Source: an uncultured delta proteobacterium (lineage in GTDB: Bacteria > Desulfobacterota > Binatia > Binatales > Binataceae). From it: DNA of 64,000 nt. Positions 55,380-62,544 of this stretch are shown in pieces. The stretch lies in contig CAWBGG010000004.1 of assembly GCA_963788205.1 (NCBI GenBank), forward strand, positions 14,166-78,165. The letters are read 5' to 3'. Below the pieces are notes generated by a model. The model did not search any database and had not been told where the DNA came from. It saw only the letters and a program-made list of their open reading frames with translations. The first letter of the stretch is position 1. Each line of letters opens with the position of its first letter. The position numbers were made by a program, and so were the translations under genes.

Positions 55380-56687
55380 ATGACTCAGATTGAAGCGGCA
55401 CGCAAAGGAACCATAACCCGCCAGATGAACGAGGTTGCGGAAGACGAGGGGCTGCGCCCCGAGGATATCCGCGATCTGGTCGCCACCGGCGAGGTCGTAA
55501 TCCCGCGCAACGTCCATCACGAATTCCGCGCCATCGGTGTCGGCAAACGGCTGCGCACCAAGGTCAACGCCAATATCGGCGCTTCGAATTTCCATCACCT
55601 GATCGAAGAAGAGGTCGAAAAACTTTACACCGCGGTGCGCTTCGGCGCGGACGCGGTGATGGATCTCTCGACCGGCACCGACCTCGATCAGATTCGGGTC
55701 GAGTTGCTGTCGCGATGCCAGGTGATGCTCGGCACGGTGCCGATCTACCAGGTCGCGTCCGAGGGCTCGATCATGGACTTGGACCGCAACGCCTTTCTCG
55801 ACGTGATCGATCGGCAGGCGCGCCAGGGCGTGGACTTCATGACGTTGCACTGCGGCGTAACGAAGGAAACGGTCGCGCGGCTGCGGACGCATAGCCGGAT
55901 AGAGGGCATCGTCTCGCGCGGCGGCGCGCTGCTCGCCGCATGGATCGAGCGGACCGGCAACGAGAATCCGCTCTATGAGTACTATGATGAAGTTTGCGAG
56001 ATCCTGCGCGCCCATGACGTCACGATTTCGCTGGGCGACGGGCTGCGGCCCGGCGCCACCGGCGACGCGACCGATCGCGGCCAGATCGGCGAGTTGCTGG
56101 TGCTGGGCGAGCTGACCGAGCGCGCGCGCCGCAACGGCGTGCAGGTGATGATCGAGGGGCCCGGTCATGTGCCACTCGATCAGATCGAAGCCAACGTGAA
56201 GCTCGAAAAGCGCGTGTGCGCCGGCGCGCCCTTCTACGTGCTCGGGCCGCTGACCTGCGACGTCGCGCCGGGCTACGACCATATCACGGGCGCGATCGGC
56301 GGCGCGATCGCGTCGGCGGCGGGCACCGACTTTTTGTGCTACATCACGCCCGCCGAGCATCTGCGATTACCCGATATCGACGACGTGCGCGAGGGCGTGA
56401 TCGCCACGCGTATCGCGGCCCATTCGGGCGACCTGGTCAAGGGCGTGCGCGCGGCCAAGGTGTGGAACGATCAGATGTCGCGCTATCGCAAGGCGCTCAA
56501 CTGGGAAGGGATGTACGCGATGGCGATGGACCCGGACAAGGCGCGCCGTTACAAGGAAGAAAGCGAGGCCGCCGGCTCCAACGTGTGCAGCATGTGCGGC
56601 TCGCTTTGCTCGATCAATATCGATAACGCCGCGATCCGCTTCACCAGGAAGCAGGCGTTGAAGCAGGCCGAGGCCCATGCCGCCTGA
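55380..56687 (+). CDS. thiC: Phosphomethylpyrimidine synthase (short radical-SAM ThiC form)
   Basis: 435-aa ORF. KVNANIGAS, DAVMDLSTG, FMTLHCG, GIVSRGG, MIEGPGHVPL, and the C-terminal CSMCGSLCS cluster motif. Confidence 0.9.
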   Translation: MTQIEAARKGTITRQMNEVAEDEGLRPEDIRDLVATGEVVIPRNVHHEFRAIGVGKRLRTKVNANIGASNFHHLIEEEVEKLYTAVRFGADAVMDLSTGTDLDQIRVELLSRCQVMLGTVPIYQVASEGSIMDLDRNAFLDVIDRQARQGVDFMTLHCGVTKETVARLRTHSRIEGIVSRGGALLAAWIERTGNENPLYEYYDEVCEILRAHDVTISLGDGLRPGATGDATDRGQIGELLVLGELTERARRNGVQVMIEGPGHVPLDQIEANVKLEKRVCAGAPFYVLGPLTCDVAPGYDHITGAIGGAIASAAGTDFLCYITPAEHLRLPDIDDVREGVIATRIAAHSGDLVKGVRAAKVWNDQMSRYRKALNWEGMYAMAMDPDKARRYKEESEAAGSNVCSMCGSLCSINIDNAAIRFTRKQALKQAEAHAA

Positions 56688-57156
56688 CGAAGTCCGCCGG
56701 CTGGACGCAGAAACCGCCGAGTTGTCGCTGCCCGATCAGCACGGCAATCCGCGCCGGCTCGCCGATTTTCGCGGCCGCAACGTGGTGGTTTATTTCTACC
56801 CGAAGGACGATACGCCCGGATGCACGGTCGAGGGCAGGGAGTTCCGCGACCTGTACGCCCAGTTCACGGCCTATGAATGCGAGGTGATCGGCGCGAGCGT
56901 GGACTCGGTCGAGTCGCATCGCGCGTTCGCCGAGAAGCACGCCTTCCCGTTCATCCTGCTGTCGGATAAGGGTGGCGAGCTGGCGCGCTCCTTCAGCGTG
57001 CTGCGCGCCGGCGTGGCGGCGCGCTCGACCTTCGTGCTCGATCGCGAATTGAAGGTGCGCCGCGTTTTTCACGAGGTTACGCCGCGTGGCCACGCGCAGA
57101 GCGTGCTGAACTTCGTGCGCACGATGCTGGAGTCGCATCGGATGCTGGGCGGCTGA
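56677..57156 (+). CDS. bcp: Peroxiredoxin Bcp (AhpC/TSA family thiol peroxidase)
   Basis: 159-aa ORF. VVVYFYPKDDTPGCTVEG motif. Overlaps the thiC stop by 11 nt. Confidence 0.85.
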   Translation: MPPDEVRRLDAETAELSLPDQHGNPRRLADFRGRNVVVYFYPKDDTPGCTVEGREFRDLYAQFTAYECEVIGASVDSVESHRAFAEKHAFPFILLSDKGGELARSFSVLRAGVAARSTFVLDRELKVRRVFHEVTPRGHAQSVLNFVRTMLESHRMLGG

Positions 57157-57196
57157 GAAGCCGACGGTCGTCTAGACCGGGTTGGTGAGATTCTCT

Positions 57197-57221
57197 TGTA
57201 GGGGCGGGTCGAGACCCGCCC
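57197..57221 (+). repeat. REP element (GTAG head plus GC hairpin) upstream of the RAYT gene
   Basis: TGTAGGGGCGGGTCGAGACCCGCCC, with stem GGGCGGGTC / GACCCGCCC. The 24-mer 57198-57221 recurs as an exact reverse complement at 57525-57548. Confidence 0.8.
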
Positions 57222-57237
57222 TCAGGCGGAAACGCCC

Positions 57238-57804
57238 TTGCACGCGCGCATCGCCAATTCCGGCCCCAGGATCAGGCGCAACTCGCTACGCCTAAAAGGC
57301 TACGACTACGGCTCAAGGGGCGTATACTTTGTGACACTCTGCGTCCGAGACCGCCTGTGTCTGCTCGGCAAGGTGGTGCGGGACCGGATGCAACTCAACC
57401 GCTTCGGGTTGACAGTTACCGAATGCTGGGAGTGGTTGCCGCTGCGATATCCTTACGTCGAACTGGACGAATGGATTGTCATGCCGAATCACTTCCACGG
57501 GATCATCGCGGTGTGCGAGGACACGGGCGGGTCTCGACCCGCCCCTACGAGTCCAGACGCTGGCGCGGAGGTGAAGCCACTGGGGCAACTGCTCGGCGCA
57601 TTCAAGACCACGGCCGCCAAGCGCATCAACGAGATTCGCAGGACTCCTGGTGCTTCTGTCTGGCAACGCAACTACTTCGACCACATCATACGAACCGATC
57701 GGGAACTTGAGCGCATTCGTGATTACATTGTGGACAACCCGGCAGAGTGGCTGGCCGATCCCGAGAATCCCGCGGCCGGAAAGACTGAAGATTCTCTCTT
57801 GTAG
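57238..57804 (+). CDS. REP-associated tyrosine transposase (RAYT; IS200/IS605-like Y1 HUH family)
   Basis: 188-aa ORF. HUH motif MPNHFHGII, Tyr motif WQRNYFDHIIR. Flanked by GATTCTCT(C)TTGTAGG repeats at 57189- and 57790-. Confidence 0.8.
   Translation: MHARIANSGPRIRRNSLRLKGYDYGSRGVYFVTLCVRDRLCLLGKVVRDRMQLNRFGLTVTECWEWLPLRYPYVELDEWIVMPNHFHGIIAVCEDTGGSRPAPTSPDAGAEVKPLGQLLGAFKTTAAKRINEIRRTPGASVWQRNYFDHIIRTDRELERIRDYIVDNPAEWLADPENPAAGKTEDSLL
57525..57548 (-). repeat. REP copy inside the RAYT coding sequence
   Basis: GGGCGGGTCTCGACCCGCCCCTAC is the exact reverse complement of 57198-57221. It encodes the GGSRPAPT loop of the RAYT. Confidence 0.85.
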
Positions 57805-57896
57805 GCGGGGGCGGAACCCATTCACTTTTGCATCGGGGCGCCCGGCGCGCATATCATGAGCGAAGAAGCCGGAAGCAAATCGAGCTGGTGAACTTT

Positions 57897-59138
57897 ATGG
57901 CGAGAACCTCCAAAAACATAATCGACGAGGCGCGCGCGAGCATCAAGGCGATCGACCTCGACGAGGCGCGCAAAATGATGGCGCGGCCGGGCACGGTCGT
58001 AATCGACGTGCGCGAGAGCGACGAATGGCGCCAAGGCCATATTCCCAACGCGGTCTTTATCCCGCGCGGGTTTCTGGAGTTGCGGGTCGAGGAAAAAGTC
58101 CCCGATCACAAGACCCCGGTGATCCTGCAATGCGCCTCCGGCACGCGCTCGCTGCTCGCGGCCCGCACGCTGCGCGAGTTGGGCTACGAGAACGTCTACA
58201 ATTTGACCGGCGGATTCAACGCCTGGAAGGACAAGGGCCTGCCCTGGGAGGCCGAGCGCCAGTTCACCGCCGACGAGCTCACGCGCTATTCGCGCCATTT
58301 CGTGATTCCGGAGGTCGGCGAGAAAGGGCAAGCGAAACTGCTTGATTCCAAAGTGCTACTGGTTGGCGCAGGCGCGCTGGGTTCGCCCTCGGCGCTGTAT
58401 CTCGGCGCGGCGGGAGTCGGCACGATCGGCGTGGTCGATTTCGACGTAGTCGATCTCTCCAACCTGCAGCGCCAGATAATCCACACCACCGATCGGGTCG
58501 GGATGCCCAAGACCGAGTCGCTGGAGAAATCGCTCAAGGCGCTCAACCCGAATATCAAGGTGAATCGCCACGACGTGCGGCTCAGCTCCGAAAACGCGAT
58601 GGAGGTGATCGCCCCCTACGAAGTGATCGTCAACTGCGGCGACAACTTCCCGCTGCGCTACTTGATCAACGACGCCTGCGTGTTCGCGAAGAAGCCGCTG
58701 GTCGACGGCGCGATCTTCCGCTTTGAGGGCAACGCGACCGTCTTCTACGCGGCCAAGGGCGGACCGTGCTACCGGTGCCTGTATCCCGAGCCGGCGCCGC
58801 CCGACATGGCGCCTTCGTGCGCGGAGGCCGGAGTGCTCGGCGCGCTGCCGGGGATTATCGGCTCGATCGAAGCGCTCGAAACGATCAAGCTGCTGATCGG
58901 CGCGGGCAAGCCGTTGATCGGCCGGATGGTCTACTTCGATACGCTGTCGTCGGACTACGTGCGGGTGCTCAGGATCAAGCGCAACCCGGATTGCCCGGTA
59001 TGCGGCGACCATCCCACACAGACCACGCTCATCGACTACGAGGCGTTCTGCGGCCTGGCGGCGACGCCCAACGGCGCCTCGTCAGACGGCGCGTCGCATC
59101 CACATCCAGCGAGCGCGGACGCGCACGCGCGTAGATAA
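57897..59138 (+). CDS. MoeB/ThiF-type adenylyltransferase with an N-terminal rhodanese domain (MoeZ-like sulfur-carrier activating enzyme)
   Basis: ORF track 57828-59138; ATG 57897. Rhodanese part VIDVRESDEWRQGHIP...LQCASGTRS. ThiF part LLVGAGALGSP...DFDVVDLSNLQRQ, CYRCLYP, and CPVCG zinc motifs. Confidence 0.8.
   Translation: MARTSKNIIDEARASIKAIDLDEARKMMARPGTVVIDVRESDEWRQGHIPNAVFIPRGFLELRVEEKVPDHKTPVILQCASGTRSLLAARTLRELGYENVYNLTGGFNAWKDKGLPWEAERQFTADELTRYSRHFVIPEVGEKGQAKLLDSKVLLVGAGALGSPSALYLGAAGVGTIGVVDFDVVDLSNLQRQIIHTTDRVGMPKTESLEKSLKALNPNIKVNRHDVRLSSENAMEVIAPYEVIVNCGDNFPLRYLINDACVFAKKPLVDGAIFRFEGNATVFYAAKGGPCYRCLYPEPAPPDMAPSCAEAGVLGALPGIIGSIEALETIKLLIGAGKPLIGRMVYFDTLSSDYVRVLRIKRNPDCPVCGDHPTQTTLIDYEAFCGLAATPNGASSDGASHPHPASADAHARR
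58976..59130 (+). repeat. Direct repeat copy A: the native 3' end of the MoeZ-like gene
   Basis: 58984-59092 aligns to 60361-60469 with 8 mismatches by eye. Similarity weakens beyond GACGGCGCG. Confidence 0.8.
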
Positions 59139-59167
59139 AGACTCAATCTCGGTTGACCGCGAGTGCG

Positions 59168-59398
59168 TCAGCCTATTAGGGAGACGAACTCTTCCACGGC
59201 AATGCCGGTTGTCCTGATGATGCTACGCAAGGTCCCGCGGTCGAGTTCACGATGTAGGGGCACTGTGACGGGCTTGCGTCCTTCGCAAACCATGCGCACG
59301 TGACTTCCACGCCGGCGCGTTCTGCGATAGCCAAGTTTCGATAGAGCAGCTACGCATCGCTGACCGGAGACGAGAGGTAGGCGTACTTCTCGCGCCAC
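59168..59398 (-). CDS. hicA: HicA-family toxin
   Basis: 76-aa ORF. SGQRCVAALSKLGYRRTRRRGSHVRM is the YcfA/HicA signature. Its start lies 2 nt after the stop of the wHTH gene. Confidence 0.75.
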   Translation of the reverse strand: MAREVRLPLVSGQRCVAALSKLGYRRTRRRGSHVRMVCEGRKPVTVPLHRELDRGTLRSIIRTTGIAVEEFVSLIG

Positions 59399-59400
59399 AG

Positions 59401-59879
59401 CTATTTGCGTGGGACCAGCCGCACCACAGGGCGCTTGCGGCTCTGGCGTGCCGCCTTCTGCTGCTTGCGCTGTTCTTTCTCTGCAAGCAACTCCTTGGCG
59501 TACGGCTCGGCTTCCTTAATGAGAGGCGTCAGGCGGTATATGTTCGTTCTGCTTCCTCGCCCTGGTTCACGCCGTTCTACGCGTTCGATCAGTCCGAGGG
59601 CGTGCATCGCGGCGATGCGGCGCTGGATCGTCCGTGGCGCAACGCCGATCCTTTGCGCCAGGGTCCCCTTTGCCGGGAAAGGGTGATTCTCGGGTTCCCA
59701 CCAGTAGTCCGCGAGCTGCAGAATAATGTTCAGGTCAAGCGGGTCGAAACCGAACGCGTTCTGTCGTTGCAGAAAGACCGATGGGAGGGCCACCAGCCAG
59801 CGTCGACGAGGCGCTTGCCCCACCTACGTTCAATCCTTCCGAGTTCTCTTGAAGATTCTGCGCTTACGGTTTCTGCCAT
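59401..59879 (-). pseudogene. Winged-HTH DNA-binding protein (plasmid/phage-type HTH family), 1-nt frameshift near 59790-59797 (or consensus error)
   Basis: MAETVSAESSRELGRIERRWGKRLVDAGW (start ATG 59879, frame of ORF 59730-60104) continues as LVALPSVFLQRQNAFGFDPLDLNIILQLADYWW...TLAQRIGVAPRTIQRRIAAMHALGLIERV in ORF 59401-59823. One extra G in TGGTGG would restore the frame. Confidence 0.65.
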
Positions 59880-59976
59880 ACTTCCGAACCTACGCCCCGA
59901 GTTGCAGAGCGGCAAGGCACGGTTCGGCTTCGGGGGGAGACGCCAGTGTCTAGGGCACCCTAGGTATGTGTTACGT

Positions 59977-60306
59977 TTACATATCGCCTCCTGTGTGATC
60001 ACGCTTCGTGTGCTTTGAGAGGCTACCCGGTCTTCCCCTGGGCGACGCTTGCGACTCAGGGGCCCGGCGACCCGGGGATCGCCCCCTCCTTTGATTTTTG
60101 CCAATCGGAAGGCGAATCATTTCGTACTTTGCGGGAAGCCGCCAGCCTTCCTCAGCTTGGCCCTCCAAGCAGAGTTCGATCGCCTCGCGGATGTTGCGCA
60201 GCGCTTCGGTGCGTGTACGTCCCTGGCTGATGCAACCCGGGATCACGGGACATTCCGCGAGCAAGTAGCCATCTTCGCCGGGGCTCAAAATAACGGGCAG
60301 TTCCAT
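59977..60306 (-). CDS. hicB: HicB-family antitoxin-like protein (UPF0150 fold)
   Basis: ORF track 59977-60345; ATG 60306 gives MELPVILSPGEDGYLLAECPVIPGCISQGRTRTEALRNIREAIELCLEG. The basic C-terminal ~45 aa may not be genuine. Confidence 0.65.
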   Translation of the reverse strand: MELPVILSPGEDGYLLAECPVIPGCISQGRTRTEALRNIREAIELCLEGQAEEGWRLPAKYEMIRLPIGKNQRRGRSPGRRAPESQASPRGRPGSLSKHTKRDHTGGDM

Positions 60307-60345
60307 CGACGAAACCGAGCCTACCATCCGCTCGGTCTTTCTCAT

Positions 60346-60508
60346 AGCGCAACTCGGAACACCCGGATTGCCCGGTATCCGGCGACCATCCCACGCAGAC
60401 CAAGCTTATCGATTACGAGGCGCTCTGCGGCCTGGCGGCGACGCCGAACGGCGCCTCGTCAGACGGCGCGCAGAATCAACGTCCGCAGCAAGCGGATGCA
60501 CGCGCGCG
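60346..60508 (+). repeat. Direct repeat copy B: a degenerate, displaced copy of the MoeZ-like 3' end
   Basis: In the moeZ frame it reads NPDCPVSGDHPTQTKLIDYEALCGLAATPNGASSDGA... with the zinc-site Cys changed (CPVCG to CPVSG). There is no upstream ORF body. It overlaps the 3' end of the convergent VWA gene. Confidence 0.8.
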
Positions 60509-61706
60509 ATACCGCTTGTAACCAGGATTGCCGCTGCGGCTTGCGCTGCTTCACCGCAGCAACGCTAGTTATTGGCGCAACTGGCATCGCCCGATCACTA
60601 TTCACTCGCGCACCCTGACGCCCGGGAAGGCTGATATTGGGCAGTGCCTGCGCGGCAGTAGCCGGCGGCGGTACGATCCCGATCGAATAACTGTGGGCGA
60701 GAAGCTGGGTGACCTCCGCGAGCGCATCGAGGAATGTCGCTCCCGTGTCTCCTTCAACCGGGTTCACGATGAAAGTCCGGCCGCCGGTCGAGTTCGTGAA
60801 TTCTTCCAATGTGCGCGCATCGACCCGTTCGTTATCTCCTCCTCCCAGTAGGAAAGGACCCGTAGAAATTCCGACCTTCGGAGCGCTTGGGCTGCCGAGT
60901 CCGATCGCATAAATCGACACTCCGCTGCTGGCGGCTTCGGCCAGAACCTCCGCCTTCTTCCTCTCGCTGGAGGTATCGATACCGTCGGTAATCAAGATCA
61001 GCACACGGTCGGGATAGTGAGCGGCGCCGAGCACCTGCAAACCTTCGTGAATCGAATCGTAGAGGGGAGTTCTGCCATACGGCACCACGTCCGCCAGACG
61101 GATCAGTGCCAGGGTGTGATCGGTAGTCAGCGGCTCGACCAGCTTTACCGGCGGGTTTCCGTAGCCGGCGGCCGCGGTCGACGAACTGTCGCCGGGTTGC
61201 GTCCGACCGCCGAGTCGCAAGGTAGCCACTTCGTCGCATTCGTTCAGCCTGTTCATCACGTCGTCAAGCCCATTCCACACCATTTGCAGCTTGCTGAGAT
61301 CGCTAACCCCGAGCTTCTGCTGCATGCTGCCCGAGGCGTCCGTGATGACCGCAATCGAGGTGGGCGCGCCGCCTTGATTCTCGCGAAAGAACACCATCGG
61401 CAGCGGCAACTGGTTCTCGCCCGCCACCACAAAATCCGGCTGCTTAAGGCCAGTGATCGGCTTGCCTAACTCGTCGGTCACGTAGGCGGTCAGTTGGAGG
61501 TAGCCGGGTCGGCTTGCGATGTCCTTGGGAGGCGTCTCCACGGGGCAGAGTTTCAGCGGCGGCTGCCCCGTGGTGCGCGCGTGTCGCCGGACGATCTCAG
61601 GCGGAGGCGCTTGAAATGGAGCGGCGCATCCCGCGAGTGAGAGCGCCAGCGCTGCCGGCAGTATCCAGGCCCTGGCTTGCAACCTCGCGAAGTCTGCACA
61701 GGGCAT
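60459..61706 (-). CDS. VWA-domain lipoprotein (Acidobacteria-type VWFA-related family)
   Basis: 415-aa ORF. Lipobox LSLAGC, MIDAS ITDASGSM, LILITDGIDTSS, IYAIGLG. The last ~40 aa run into repeat copy B and look atypical. Confidence 0.75.
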   Translation of the reverse strand: MPCADFARLQARAWILPAALALSLAGCAAPFQAPPPEIVRRHARTTGQPPLKLCPVETPPKDIASRPGYLQLTAYVTDELGKPITGLKQPDFVVAGENQLPLPMVFFRENQGGAPTSIAVITDASGSMQQKLGVSDLSKLQMVWNGLDDVMNRLNECDEVATLRLGGRTQPGDSSSTAAAGYGNPPVKLVEPLTTDHTLALIRLADVVPYGRTPLYDSIHEGLQVLGAAHYPDRVLILITDGIDTSSERKKAEVLAEAASSGVSIYAIGLGSPSAPKVGISTGPFLLGGGDNERVDARTLEEFTNSTGGRTFIVNPVEGDTGATFLDALAEVTQLLAHSYSIGIVPPPATAAQALPNISLPGRQGARVNSDRAMPVAPITSVAAVKQRKPQRQSWLQAVSRACIRLLRTLILRAV

Positions 61707-61805
61707 CGTGGTTCCTCCCTTTGCGTTCGCAACCTGCCGAATGGCTCCATAACATGTGACACAGCCGACCGATTAATAAAAACACTTTTCTGAGGCAAAT
61801 ATCCT

Positions 61806-62484
61806 ATGGCGCTGGGACCGTTTTACGTGGCCGAGAAACTCAAACGCGATGGCGGGTCGCGCGGTGTGGCAATCCTGATGCGTCATGGCGAGACCGCGTG
61901 GAACCGTATCGGGCGCGTGATGGGCCGTAGTCCGATCGAGCTCGACGAGGGCGGGCGCGCGCAGGTCGAAGCCTCGATACCTTTCGCCCGTTTGCTCAAG
62001 CTCGATCTGATCGTGAGCAGCCCGCTGGAACGCGCGCGCCAGTCCGCGGAGATCATCGCAGCCGGAGTCGGCGGAATCGCGGTGACTGAAGAGCCGCAGC
62101 TGGAGGAAGTCCGCTACGGCCGATGGGAGGGGATGACCTTCGATCAGTTGATGAAGGACCAGGACTACCTGGAGTACCGCAAGGAGCCGCTGCGCAGTCC
62201 CACGCCCGGCGGCGAGACTATCGAGCAGGTCCAGCGCCGCGGCGTCGAGGCGATCAGCCGCACGCTCGCGGCGAACGCCGGCCTACGGGTATTGTTCGTC
62301 TCGCACGGTGACATTATCCGCACCGCGCTCGCCTACTTCCTGAAAGTTGAGCTCGGGCGACTTCAGGCGTATCCGGGTGGACAATGCGGCCTTCTCGGCG
62401 ATCGAAGTCGCCGGCGATTTCGCGGAAGTGAAGTTCCTGAATCTGCTGCCTGATCCCGAACGAGCGTTCATCGCGCCGTTCTAG
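61806..62484 (+). pseudogene. Histidine phosphatase family protein (phosphoglycerate-mutase-like), 1-nt frameshift at about 62341-62365 (or consensus error)
   Basis: LMRHGETAWN and VSHGDIIRTALAYFL motifs. After ...FLK the conserved tail DFRRIRVDNAAFSAIEVAGDFAEVKFLNLLPDPERAFIAPF is in the +1 frame, with stop at 62482-62484. Confidence 0.7.
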
Positions 62485-62515
62485 CAGCAGGCACCCTCAC
62501 CCGGCGCGGCGCCGG

Positions 62516-62541
62516 CCTCTCCCGCAACAGAGCGGGAGAGG
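62516..62541. terminator. REP-like hairpin between convergent genes, possible bidirectional terminator
   Basis: CCTCTCCCGC (62516-62525), AACAGA loop, GCGGGAGAGG (62532-62541). Same CTCTCCC/GGGAGAG family as 20823-20945. Confidence 0.45.
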
Positions 62542-62544
62542 CGA

